Of a stretch of DNA of 64,000 bases, positions 12,507 to 25,312 are shown piece after piece. Position 1 is the first letter of the stretch. Each line of letters starts with the position of its first letter. The notes under the pieces are model-generated. The model saw only the letters and a list, made by a program, of their open reading frames with translations. It was not told where the DNA came from and did not search any database. The stretch spans positions 24,738,001-24,802,000 of the forward strand of contig OZ024757.1 of the NCBI GenBank assembly GCA_964016885.1. Reading direction: 5' to 3'. Source of the stretch: Eledone cirrhosa. Its lineage: Eukaryota. Made by a program: the position numbers and the translations under genes.

Positions 12507-14380
12507 GTGAATGGAAGAATACAAGAGGATAGCAATGGAATGGAAGAATACAAGAGGATAGCAATGGAATGGAATGGAAGAATACAAGAGGATAGCAATG
12601 GAATGGAAGAATACAAGAGGATAGCAATGGAATGGAATGGAAGAATACAAGAGGATAGCAATGGAATGGAAGAATACAAGAGGATAGCAATGGAATGGAA
12701 GAATACAAGAGGATAGCAATGGAATGGAATGGAAGAATACAAGAGGATAGCAATGGAATGGAAGAATAAAAGAGAATGGAATGGAAGAATACAAGAGGAT
12801 AGCAATGGAATGGAAGAATGCAAGAGGGTAGCAATGGAATCAAATGGAAGAATACAAGAGGATAGCAATGGAATGGAAGAATACAAGAGGGTAGCAATGG
12901 AATGGAATGGAAGAATACAAGAGGATAGCATTGGAATGGAAGAATACAAGAGGGTAGCAATGGAATAGAAGAACACAGGAGGATAGCAATGGAATGGAAG
13001 AATACAAGAGAATGGAATGGAAGAATACAAGAGCATAGCAATGGAATGGAAGAATACAAGAGGATAGCAATGGAATGGAAAAATACAAGAGGATAGCAAT
13101 GGAATGGAAAAATACAAGAGGATAGCAATGGAATGGAATGGAAGAATACAAGAGGATAGCAATGGAATGGAAGAATACAAGAGGATAGCAATGGAATGGA
13201 AGAATACAAGAGGATAGCAATGGAATGGATGAATACAAGAGGGTAGCAATGGAATGGAATGGAAGAATACAAGAGAATAGCAATGGAATGGAATGGAAGA
13301 ATACAAGAGGATGGCAATGGAATGGAAGAATACAAGAGGGTAGCAATGGAATCAAATGGAATGGAAGAATACAAAAGGATAGCAATGGAATGGATGAATA
13401 CAAGAGGGTAGCAATGGAATGGAATGGAAGAATACAAGAGAATAGCAATGGAATGGAATGGAAGAATACAAGAGGATGGCAATGGAATGGAAGAATACAA
13501 GAGGGTAGCAATGGAATGGAATGGAATAATACAAGAGGATAGCAATGGAATGGAAGAATACAAGAGGGTAACAATGGAATAGAAGAATACAAGAGGATAG
13601 CAATGGAATGAAGAATAAAAGAGAATGGAATGGAAGAATACAAGAGGATAGGAATGGAAGAATACAAGAGGATAGCAATGGAATGGAAGAATACAAGAAG
13701 ATAGCAATAGAATAGCAGTATATAAGAGGATAGCAATGGTATAGAACAATACAAGAGGATAGCAATGGAATGGAAGAATACAAGAGGATAGCAATGGAAT
13801 GGAAGAATACAAGAAGATAGCAATGGAATAGCAGTATATAAGAGGATAGCAATGGTATAGAACAATACAAGAGGATAGCAATGGAATGGAAGAATACAAG
13901 AGGATAGCAATGGAATGGAAGAATACAAGAGGGTAGCAATGGAATGGAAGAATACAAGAGGATAGCAATGGAATGGAAGAATACAAGAGGGTAGCAATGG
14001 AATGGAAGAATACAAGAGGGTAGCAATGGAATAGAAGAATACAAGAGGATAGCAATGGAATAGAAGAATACAAGAGAATGGAATGGAAGAATGCAAGAGG
14101 ATAGCAATGGAATGGAAGAATACAAGAGGAATGGAATGGAATGGAAGAATACAAGAGGATAGCAATGGAATGGAAGAATACAAGAGGATAGCAATGGAAT
14201 GGAAGAATACAAGAGGGTAGCAATGGAATGGAATGGAAGAATACAAGAGGATAGCAATGGAATGGAAGAATACAAGAGGGTAGCAATGGAATCGAATTGA
14301 AGAATATAATGGAATGGAATAATACAAGAGGGTAGCAATGGGATAGAAGAATACAAGAGGATAGCAATGGAATGGAAGAA
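12507..14380. repeat. GGAAT-based minisatellite, 29/34-bp unit GAATGGAAGAATACAAGAGGATAGCAATG(GAATG), ~1.9 kb
   Basis: Direct reading; source of the long pseudo-ORFs at 12413-14367. Confidence 0.97.
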
Positions 14381-14855
14381 ATATAGTTTTTAGACTGTAT
14401 GGTATTGTTGTAGTGAGCTATTTATGGTGTAATATGACAGACAGTGGAGTCTGTGCTGCTGTACAAGTCTGGGACTTGGACACTGACGAAAACACTCACT
14501 CAGATGTTGGATGGGTGCTACACGAGAATGTTGAGGATGGTTCTGAAACATTAATCAGTATACACTGAAGATGAAGAACTGTACGGAAGCCTCCCAAAAG
14601 CCAGCTCGAAAGTAACACAGAGGAGACTGAGGTTAACTGGACATGCTTACTGACATTCAGAGTTGACACTGCACTCAATGGTCTTGTGAGAGCCCCTACA
14701 CAGACACACTAGAAGAGGGAGATTGAGGTTGACATATATTGATGCCCTAAGGACAGACACTGTTCTCCGGGAGACGCAGGACATGGTGTTGATGATGAAG
14801 GACAGAAACCACTAGAGAGAACTCGTCCATGGATCTCAGGAATTATACCCATCCT

Positions 14856-17035
14856 ATCATCATCATCATCATCATCATTTTACGTCCGCTTTTCCCTGCT
14901 TGCAAGGGTGGGACGGGAACTGATTCTGGCTTGATTTCTGAGATCCCACTACATCTTTTATGTACCCATAGTTTGCATTTGGGACATAGAATGGAATTTC
15001 AACTACTCCTTTCCTACATACTGACCATGGCCATTTCCCAGAGGGCACCTGTGCCCTATTTTCCTTTCTACATACTAGAACTTTAGTCTTAGACAAGTTA
15101 ACTTTAAGACCTTTTGATTCTAGGCCATGCTTCTATGTTTGGAATTTCTTCTCTAGTTCAGCCATAGATTCAGCTATGAACGATAGATCATCTGTATATA
15201 GAAGTCCCCATGGGCAGCCAGTCTTAAACTCCTCTGTTATAACCTGAAGGACAATAACAAACAGGAGGGGGCTAAGGATAGAGCGTTTATGTACACCGAC
15301 TTTTACGCTAAATTCTTTACCATATTCATTGTTAATTCTAACCTTGCTGACTATATCTTTATACACGGCTTGTATAGCTCTCACAAGCCATTCATCTACT
15401 CCTAGCTTTCTAAGGGCCCACCAGACAATGGAGCATGGGACTCTGTCAAAGGCTTTCTCCAAGTCAACAAAAGCTAAGTACTTTTAGCTAGGTACTTCTC
15501 CTGTAGTTGTCGTACAAGGAAAAGGGCATCTGTGGTACTTTTACCTGACACAGACCCAAACTGCATTTCATCTAGATCAATTCGCTCTCTGATTAGTTGC
15601 GCTATAACTCTTTCTGTGACCTTCATGACCTGGTCAACTAACTTAATGCCTCTATAGTTTCCCCTATCTAGAGCATCCCGTTTACCCTTGTAGCAGTTAA
15701 CGATGCTGCTGCTATGCCAGTCCTTAGGTATGACCCCATTCTGCATTACTTGGTTTACTATCCAGGTGACCATAGTATGTCCCACCATTCCAGATGCTTT
15801 CAACATCTCAGCAACTATCTCCGAAGGCCCAGCCACCTTGCCTGTCTTCACATCTTTGATTGCCTTACTTATTATACTACCTTCAACTTGCACTGCTGGT
15901 CCCTCTATTGGATCGATGTGGGGCAGACTATCTTTTCCCCATTTATTCTCCTCATTTAGTAGCCTCTCATAGTGACACTTCCAAGCTACCTTCTTATCAG
16001 TATCAGTGAGGGCAAGTACACCATCATCATTATCATTATGGACACATTTCTCCGACAATATCAAGGTTTTCCTTGACACAGTGTCTTGCAATCCTGAACA
16101 CCTCACATTGTAGAACGTGCTTGAACTTTCTATCCTCTGCTTCCCTTCTTGCAAGGTACACTTGTCTCCTAGCTTCTTTTCTGGTCACTTGATAGTGTTC
16201 TCTACTTCCTCCATACTTTCCAAGCCTGCCTTTTGGCCTTGATTGACTCCTCCACCTCACTGTTCTACCACAAAGTTACTCTCCTCCTGCCTATAGGTCT
16301 GCTCCAGCCACAGATTTCATCTGTTGCCTTCAGCAGGTTAACTTTCAAAAATTCCCACTGTTCCTCTATATTGTACGTCTCTAATTGCTCTTCCTTACTA
16401 TCAAAAGCATCAAGTAATAAGCTTTTAAATTTGTCACTGGCTGTGGGGTCCTTCAACTTCCATATTCTTCTCCTCAAGGTAGTCTTCCTGTCGTCGAGTA
16501 TGTCTAGTCCTGACTATGAGGCTATGTTGGGAGGTGCATTCTTCATGGGGGAGGGACTTAGTGTTTACAACAGACACTCTGTCACATCTTCTAGTAAGGA
16601 TATAATCTATCTGACTGGCATGTTCCCCTGATCTATAGGTCATCAAGTGATTGTCTCGTTTTTTTGAAGTTTGTGTTACAGATAGTTAGGTTATTAGCAT
16701 CACAGAATTCCAGGATTCTGAAGCCTTCCTCATTTCTAGTACCAAACCCATAGCCTTCATGGATTCCATCATAGCTATCACTATGTTGTCCAACGTGACC
16801 GTTTAGGTCGCCAGCAATAATTAAGTAGTCGCTGTTGGTTATTTGGGAGGTAGTGTCTCATAGAACCTGTCTTTTATAATGCCAGGTAGACCAGATTGGG
16901 ATGCATAAGCAGATATTATTGTCACAGTAGTTCTATTTAGAACTAGTCTTATTCTAATTATTCTGTCATTCACTCTATTTACAGCAATTACCTTATCTAC
17001 CCATTTTTCAGCTAACATAATTCCTACTCCATCCA
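14856..17035 (-). mobile_element. RTE-clade LINE, degenerate ORF (AP endonuclease plus reverse transcriptase)
   Basis: Endonuclease TYRSG...SQIDYIL; RT motifs NYRGIKL, QFG, DLEKAFDRV, LSPLLF, LLYTDD; frameshifted; (GAT)n tail. Confidence 0.92.
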
Positions 17036-18049
17036 GTCTATTGTTTATATATATATGTGTGTGTGTGTGTTTTCAACTTTACATTTACTCTTTATGTCTC
17101 ATAACTTAATGATTTGATAAAAAAGTAGACTAATGAAATAAGTACTGGGGTCACTATGATTGATTAAATGTCTTAAAAGTTGTGCTCCAGTATGGCCACA
17201 GTAAAATGACTGAAACTAGTAATAGAATAAAGAAATACCACAGTCCCACAGTGTGTGAGGGGTGGTGGGGTGAGGGGGGTACTGGAGATGGTGAGGCAGT
17301 CTGATGTTCTGATAAATATTGGAATCTGGGTCATCAATAGTAGATATCAATAAATGAAGGAGGATCAAAGTCATTAGTATTATCAATATCGAAAGCAAGA
17401 CTGAAGTCGTTCATCCTCATTGTCATCATGTTTTTGTGTAATAATTGTTTCTACTTTTGGCACAAAGCCAGCACTTATCCCAGTGCATTACTGGTACTTT
17501 ATTTTATCGACCCCGTAAAGATGAAAGGCAAAGTTAGCCTCGGTGGGATTTGAACTCAGACCATAAAGGGCCATAACTCTTTGCTGGAAAGCATGGTGTC
17601 TGACCCTCTACCGATACTGCCAATCCACCGTTTTTGTGTAATAATGTTGCTTTTACATAATAATGTAGCTTTTACTAATAGCTTTCCCTCAAAGTTTTCT
17701 GACTTAGGCACAAGGCCAAGAATTTTGGGGGAGGGAAACGTCGATCAAATCGACCCCAATGCGATACTGGTACATTTTTATTGACACCATAAGGATGAAA
17801 GTCAAAGCTAAGCTAGGTGGGATTTGAACTCAAACCGTAAAAGGGTGTAACTATATGCCAACACTCTACCAATACTGCCAATCCACCACCCTCATAGCTT
17901 TCCTACAATAATGTTACTTTTACCAATAGAGTGGCTTCCCCTCACTAATTTTGTATTTACTAATAATGAATCTTTCCCTTCAATAATGTTGTATTTAATG
18001 ATAGTGTAGCTTTCCTTCAATAACGTTGTATTTAGTAATAAAAAAAATA

Positions 18050-18452
18050 TGGAAAATTATTGTGTACAGTGCTCAGGTGCACTAATACTCATCAAAGGTG
18101 CATATATAGTATATAGAATAATGTACAAATGTCAGGAAAGTGAACAGTGTACAAGTCATGATATACACACAGATACATGTATGGAGGGAGAATATCAGGT
18201 GTAGTGTTGGCGAATTTTGGGAAGTATGGAAGTTTTGAATGTTGCAGTGTCCCAACAGCTAACTACAGATGCAGGTAGTTTGTTCCATGCTTCAGCAGCT
18301 CAGAGCGTGAAAAAATGTTTCCGAAAGTCATGGGAGCTGTGCTGCTTTCTGACTTTGTAGGCATGTCAACAGATGTTAGACATATGGAATGCAAAAAGGT
18401 GTTCAGGGTTGTTGTTAGCAAGCTGGTTAATCATTTTGTGGGTGTCTACCAA
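18050..18452 (-). mobile_element. CR1-like LINE 3' end; related pieces at ~25410-25570 and 26185-26260
   Basis: Minus strand HAYKVRKQHSSHDFRKHFFTLRAAEAWNKLPASVV matches the CR1 C-terminal R..FF..R....WN.LP pattern. Confidence 0.8.
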
Positions 18453-18548
18453 GTCAGTTGCCAGATGTTGGTGGTTTAATGTATCTGCCAGACGTCAGAG
18501 CTTTAATATGAAATAAATGTGTTAAAGATGAACAAAAAAAGTACCAAC

Positions 18549-18636
18549 CTTCGTTCCAGACTGGCGTCTTGTTATGTAATTCCAACATATTGTCCATAGT
18601 TTTACGTTTCCATCTTTCTATAAGACCATCATGTTC
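18549..18636 (-). CDS. TUB: Tubby exon (88 nt): EHDGLIERWKRKTMDNMLELHNKTPVWNE
   Basis: Tubby motif ELHNKTPVWN; acceptor cttcag; donor G|gttggt; the final G joins AA of the next exon to give WNEETQSY. Confidence 0.95.
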
Positions 18637-18746
18637 CTGAAGATTGGTGGTAAGGGTGAGGGTGAGGAGGAGGTAAGACAAATAGGTAGAGAGGTAGGTA
18701 GATTGACAGATAGTCAGAGACATAAACGGATAGATAGATAGATAGG

Positions 18747-18810
<64 letters not shown>

Positions 18811-18857
18811 CAGACAAGTAGGTAGAAAGGCAGATAGATACATACATAGTAAGATTC

Positions 18858-18909
<52 letters not shown>

Positions 18910-19070
18910 GTGGGAGGGAAAGAAAACAAAGTAAAAGAAATAAAGAACTGTTTGTTAGTCAAAGGATAGTGATAGAGAGATAGTAAGAGAAAAAAATATA
19001 TATATACACACACACACTGTTATTTCTGTTTACCTTTTACATTAACACACAAATATACATATATGTATAT

Positions 19071-19130
<60 letters not shown>

Positions 19131-19589
19131 GTAAACAGAAATAACAACACAATCGGTACAGTATATGGAAGGTATATATTAGGTTAACGCTTGATATAAT
19201 AGGAAGAGGGATATTATATATATAAATGAAGTATTTCCATCGGAAAGGTACAGGAAAAAAGAGTGCTCTATGTAGGCTACAGAGCTTATTAGTTATTACA
19301 TAACTATATATATATATAGAGAGAGAGATTGAGAGAGAGAGAGAGAAGACAATGGTTACAGAGGGTGTTAGTGGGTGAGGTTCTGGGGTGTGGTGGGTGT
19401 CAATGTGTCTGAGTTTTTTGGTAGTTGTGTCTATTTTTAAGGATAAAGAGAAAAGAAATCTGTTTGGGGATATATATTTTCTGAGACAAGCTCTTAACGT
19501 CCTGTACCGCATGAAACAGCATTAACAAGATATTCTTTAAAAGTACAAAACATCACTATGATTGCCTCACATAGGGCTGGCACCTAGAA

Positions 19590-20130
19590 TGTGTGCCTGG
19601 GTAGTTAACACCCTAGACAAGCCCTACAATGTATGCCTGAATATCTAGTGTCCTTGACTAGCCTTACAATGTGTGCCTGGTTATTTAGTACTCTAGGCAA
19701 GCCCTACATTGTGTGCCTGGGTATTTAGTGTCCTTGACTAGCCCTACAATGTATGTCTGAGTATTTAGTGTCCTTGACTAGCCTTACAATGTGCCTGGTT
19801 ATTTAGTACTCTAGGCAAGCCCTACATTGTGTGCCTGGGTATTTGGTATCCTAGGCTAGCCCTACAATGTTTGCCTGAATATCTAGTGTCCTTGACTAGC
19901 CTTACAATGTGTGCCTGGTTATTTAGCACTCTAGGCAAGCCCTACATTGTGTGCCTGGGTATTTGGTATCCTAGGCTAGCCCTACAATGTATGTCTGAGT
20001 ATTTAGTGTCCTTGACTAGCCTTACAATGTGTGCCTGGTTATTTAGTACTCTAGGCAAGCCCTACATTGTGTCTGGTTATTTAGTACCCTAGGCAAGCCC
20101 TACAATATGTACCTGGTTATTTAGTAACCT
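19590..20130. repeat. 40-bp minisatellite with 120-bp (trimer) higher-order structure
   Basis: Unit GCCCTACAATGTATGCCTGAATATCTAGTGTCCTTGACTA and variants. Confidence 0.9.
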
Positions 20131-23100
20131 GGGAGGGTTGTAAGAGACAGAGTCTTCAAACACGCTTTCCAGCGGGTCCTGTGAGTAGCAAAAATATCCA
20201 ATTTATCCAGCTGAATCCCCAAGTGAGATCAACTGAGATCCTGGATGTTATCCAATCATCCTTATCACAGTCTATCTCTGAGTCTCCTGCCAATTGGTTT
20301 TTGGCCACAAAAAATCTGTCCAGCAATTCTTTCCTGAGATATTCTAACTACATGTCCATAATATCAGAGCTGTGATCTCTCAATTCAGAGAAGTGGCAGC
20401 TCTACCTGGAGCAACTCTCTCATCTCCGAGCTCCACACTCTATTGAGTAACATTACTCCAAAGATCCTTTTTGGCCCACTTGTATTTGTGATTGTATTCT
20501 TTCAGTCATGACCATATGTATGGGTTGGCACGTGTCTCATTAAGGTTCACTAATGTACTTATCTGAAATCATGTCCTAAGTGTCTGTGACCCTGCTGGCT
20601 GAGATATAATCATTAGTGCTGCACATGTACAAGTACAACCAACATTTACATTTCAAAAATGTTCTTGAGTTGATGTGTGTGTCACTACTATTGTCCTTGT
20701 TGGTCCTCCAATGTTCCCAATGACAAGTGCTCCAGTGGATTCAATCAATGGAACTACCTGCTCATGAAATTAACATGTAAGTGGCTGAGCATTCCACGGA
20801 CATGTGCCCCTCTCCCACCCTTTAGCATATAAACTGGCCGTATCCAGCCAGAATTCTTTCACCTCTTTCTGTTCAAACTGGTCATAACCAGCTGCTCGTT
20901 CTTATGTTAAGGTATTGTTCTCAAAATAAATAATATCAAAATCTCATAGGTTCAATATTACGTAAGATAAAGTATTTACTGTGAAAATACAATAGTAAAT
21001 ATAGAGTAATGTAAATGTTAAAGGTTAATGTAGTTAACCTCAGGGAGATTCAGAGTAACACACACAATGTACGATATAGCTGGCCCCTTGAATTATAGGT
21101 ACATTCAATCTTGTACCATAGTGTAAGTGACTGAGTATTCCACTGACACGTGTCCCCTTAATGTAGTTCTCAGGGAGATTCAGTAAGGTACAATGTGTGA
21201 CAGTAGTAAAGAGAGGATGACAAGTGATCAGACCATTGGAGTAACATGAAATAAAGTGTCCTGTTCAAGGACACAACATGTCATCTAGTGCTGTAATCGA
21301 ACTCATCACCTCAGGATTGTCAGCTGAATACCCTAACCACTAAGCTACTGTGCCTTCCCCATGTGTGTCAAAAGAGGTGACTAAAAAGGTTGGTATCAGA
21401 GGAGGGGGGGGGGGCGGTCAGGAAGACCATCCAGCTGCAAAACATTGCCACAAAAAGGAACCAATGATAAGTATGAAACTTGTCAAGGGACCCACAAGCC
21501 TAACCCTTACTTATCAAGGGACTCACAAGACTAACTCCTACTTGTCATGAGACCAACAAGCCTAACCCTTGTCAAGGGACCCACAAGCCTAACCCTTACT
21601 TGTCAAGGGACCCACAAGCCTAACCCTTACTTCAGCAGGGGGGAAAAAACGCCCATAAAACATTTTGAATTATTTGCTGTGCAATTTATTTCTATATTTT
21701 AAAATAGACGACATTAGATCAAGGTCTAGCCTCTCAGTAATATCATATGATATGGTGACAACAACAGTGTCATCAGAAACTGAGACAACAAAACAAGTGA
21801 AAATAACAACAACATGAGTAACAATTAGTAATTATGATAATGTTAATCAGAATCATAATCATAATGAGATCTAAGATATAAAAAACCCCATCCTTCATGA
21901 GATAAGTGTACCCAATAAACACATTTGATGAATTTCATAAACAGCAATCTTAGAAACGGGTCAACTTATTTGATTAGCATTAGTTATTATTACTAATATT
22001 ATCATTTTTATCATTTTATTTGCATTATTATTTTTATGGCACATCATTAGTGCTTTACCGAGCACAGCTGTGTGTGCCTTGGGTATGTGCAGTGTAGGTT
22101 TTGCTGATGTTTCTATTGTATTGATAGTACGTTTCGTAATATTGTACAGTACCTAGTAATGCTATCTTTTGTATACTGTATATATTTGTAAGTCCTGTGG
22201 TACTCTATATAATATATATACAGTACCTAGTAGTGTTATCTTTAGTATGCTGTATATATTTGTAAGCCCTGTGGTACTCTATATAATATATATAGTGTCT
22301 AGTAGTGCTATCTTTTGTATGCTGTATATATACATTTGTAAGTCCTGTGGTACTCTATATAATATATATACAGTACCTAGTAGAGCTATCTTTTGTATGC
22401 TGTATATATTTGTAAGCCCTGGGGTTTTAGCTATGTATCTGTCTGTGTTTTTTTAATCATTCCTAGAGCACCTATTATTATAGATATTGTTTCTGTCTTC
22501 ATTTTCCACATTCAAGTTATTTTTATCTCTAGATCTTTATATTTGGAGAGTTTCTCCATTTCCTTGGAAGACATATTGTCATCTGTGGGGATAGATACAT
22601 CTATTAGAAGGCATTTTTTTTCTTGGCGGTCTTTGACTATAATATCTGGTCAGTTGGCCTTGATCTCTCTGTCTCTATATATTGGTATATCCCAATTATT
22701 ATCATTATTATTATATCGTTAGAGCGTCAGACACCATGCTATGCAGCATGGTTATGGTTCAAATCCCGCTGAGGTTAACTTTGCCTTTGAGAGAGATATA
22801 TGCCGACCCCCCACGCATATCTGTCGTACGTAAAAAGAGAGTAAGATTTGCTGGCCACTGCCCTCATGCCACCTATGAGGCTGTGTCCCCATTAGTGCTT
22901 TGGAAACCACAAACAGTTACTAATAACAGGGGGCACAAGCTCTCCTATCCCGATGTCATCTCCAGAGATTCTGGTATTGAAATTCAGGACTTGCCAACGG
23001 CAATGAATGACAGACCCATGTGGAGATCAATTGTTGAGTCCATTTTGGCTGAGGTCGCCGGATGATGATGATGATGATGAACTTTACCTTTCATCCTTAC

Positions 23101-23259
23101 AAGGTCGATAAAATAAAGTACCAGTAATGCACTGGGGTAATTGCTGGCCTTGTGCCAAAAGTAAAAACATTATCATCATTATTATTATTTTGTTTTGTTT
23201 TGTAATTTATATGTCTTTCTTCTTTGTGTTTACCAAATTTAGAATTAATGGTGAAAGGG

Positions 23260-23906
23260 AGTGTGTGGTGTGATGGTGGTGGTGGTGATGGTGGTGTTGG
23301 TGGTGTTGGTGTGATGGTGGTGGTGGCGTTGGTGGTGTTGGTGGTGATGGTGGTGGTGATAGTGGTAGTAGTGTGGTGGTGGTAGTATGGTGGTGGTGGT
23401 GGTGTGGTGGTAGTGTGGTGGTGGTGGTGGTAGTGGTAGTGTGGTGGTGGTAGCAGTGGTGGTGTAGTGGTCGTAGTGGTAGTGTAGTGGTGGTAGTGTG
23501 GTGGTAGCAGTGGTGGTGTAGTGGTCGTAGTGGTAGTGTGGTGGTGCTGGTAGCAGTGGTGGTAGTGTGGTGGTGGTAGTGGTGGTGGAAGCAGTGGTGG
23601 TGTAGTGGTGGTGGTTGCAGTGGTGGTGTAGTGGTGGTGGTAGCAGTGGTGGTGTGGTGGTGGTGTGGTGTAGTGGTATTGGTAGTGTGGTGGTAGCAGT
23701 GGTGGTGGTGTAGTGGTGGTGTGGCGGTGTGGTGTGGTGTAGTGGTGTGGTGTGGTTGTGGTGTAGTGTAGTGGTGTGGTGTGGTTGTGGTGTAGTGTAG
23801 TGGTAGTGTGGTGGTGGTAGCAGTGGTGGTGTGGTGGTGTAGTGGTAGTGGTGGTGGTGTGGTGGTGTAGTGGTAGTGGTGGTGGTGTAGTGGTGGTGGT
23901 GTGGTG
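23260..23906. repeat. (GGT)/(GTGTA) G-rich microsatellite
   Basis: Direct reading; begins a few nt after a tubby donor site. Confidence 0.92.
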
Positions 23907-23913
23907 TACTTAC

Positions 23914-24012
23914 ATCGTTGGGCATAACTTCCACTCTTTCGTGACTGAGATTCATTCCAGGTACTATCACGGTCATCTTTCGAGGTCCTTTGAAACCCAG
24001 CACATTGGTGTC
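23914..24012 (-). CDS. TUB: Tubby exon (99 nt): [33 protein letters not shown]
   Basis: Tubby motif [12 protein letters not shown]; acceptor tactag; donor gtaagt; phase 0-0. Confidence 0.96.
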
Positions 24013-24039
24013 CTAGTAACATAGGTGGAGCAGTGAGAG

Positions 24040-24522
24040 GGGTAGAGACTTGGACAGGGACTACATGAAACAGAGAGAGAGAGGGGGGGAGTTAGACTGG
24101 GACTAAGAGAGAGAGAGGTAGACAGGGACTAAGAGAGAGGAGGAGGAGAGAATTAGACAGGGACTAAATGTGAGAGAGAGGGGGAGTTAGTCATGGACTA
24201 TGTGAAACAGAGAGAGGGGAGAGAGTTAGACAGGAATTAAGAGAGAGAGAGAGAGAGAGAGATGAGTAGAGTTAGACAGGGACTAAGTAAAAGAGAGAGG
24301 GAGAGAGAGTTAGACAGGGACTAAGTGAAACAGAGAGAGAGAGGAGGGAGAAAGTTAGACAGGGACTAAGTGAAAGAGAGAGAGAGGAAGGAGAAAGTTA
24401 GACAGGGACTAAGTGAAACAGAGAGAGAGGGGAGGGAGAAAGTTAGACAGGGACTAAGTGAAACAGAGAGAGAGAGGAGGGAGAAAGTTAGACAGGGACT
24501 AAGTGAAACTGGGAGAGAGAGA
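24040..24522. repeat. Minisatellite GTTAGACAGGGACTAAGTGAAACA(GA)n
   Basis: Direct reading. Confidence 0.88.
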
Positions 24523-24604
24523 ATTGAAAAAAAAAGGCTGTTGTTTAGCCTCCGGTCAGTTCTGTTAATCAGGTAGTCATGTGGATAAAGGTATTCCAGC
24601 CATA

Positions 24605-25145
24605 AATATCCTTCCTCAACACATGACCCAACCATCTCATTCTATTTCTCTTCCCAACATTCATCACTGGTTCTATTTCTCTCACCCAGTCACTTTCATC
24701 CTTCCTCAACACATGACCCAACCATCTCATTCTATTTCTCTTCCCAACATTCATCACTGGCTTTATTTCTCCCACCCAGTCACTTTCATCCTTCCTCAAC
24801 ACATGACCCAACCATCTCATTCTATTTCTCTTCCCAACATTCATCACTGGTTCTATTTCTCTCACCCAGTCACTTTCATCCTTCCTCAACACATGACCCA
24901 ACCATCTCATTCTATTTCTCTTCCCAACATTCATCACTGGCTTTATTTCTCCCACCCAGTCACTTTCATCCTTCCTCAACACATGACCCAACCATCTCAT
25001 TCTATTTCTCTTCCCAACATTCATCACTGGCTTTATTTCTCCCACCCAGTCACTTTCATCCTTCCTCAACACATGACCCAACCATCTCATTCTATTTCTC
25101 TTCCCAACATTTATTACTGGCTCTATTCTTGTCACTCCTCTTACC
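24605..25145 (-). repeat. Six tandem 90-bp units derived from a LINE RT C-terminal segment
   Basis: Each unit translates to RNRMRWLGHVLRKDESDWV, the RTE RLRW.GHV.R motif. Confidence 0.9.
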
Positions 25146-25191
25146 CATTCATTGTCAAATGAAAATAATTCCATACAAGTTTCAAACTTAC

Positions 25192-25312
25192 ATATACAAT
25201 TCCAACTAATTCCCTGCGGGTGACTGTCATTTCAGGGCTGGCTATACCAGTGGTTCTCTTGGGGTTAGAACCCTTGTCAAATAACGTGAATTGGGTCCCT
25301 AATAAATTTGAT
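25192..25312 (-). CDS. TUB: Tubby exon (121 nt): (R)SNLLGTQFTLFDKGSNPKRTTGIASPEMTVTRRELVGIVY
   Basis: Tubby motif RSNLLGT.FT..D.G..P...REL..I.Y; acceptor ttcttccag; donor gtaagt. Confidence 0.95.

Noticed and set aside
12413-14367. Long 300-627-aa ORFs
   Set aside because: Stop-free frames of the GGAAT minisatellite; only 12421-12504 is a real exon.
23207-24022. His/Thr/Pro-rich ORFs; likewise the Gly/Asp-rich ORF at 26408-26719 and the extension of 28524-29849
   Set aside because: Microsatellite translations; the real exons end at canonical GT donors.
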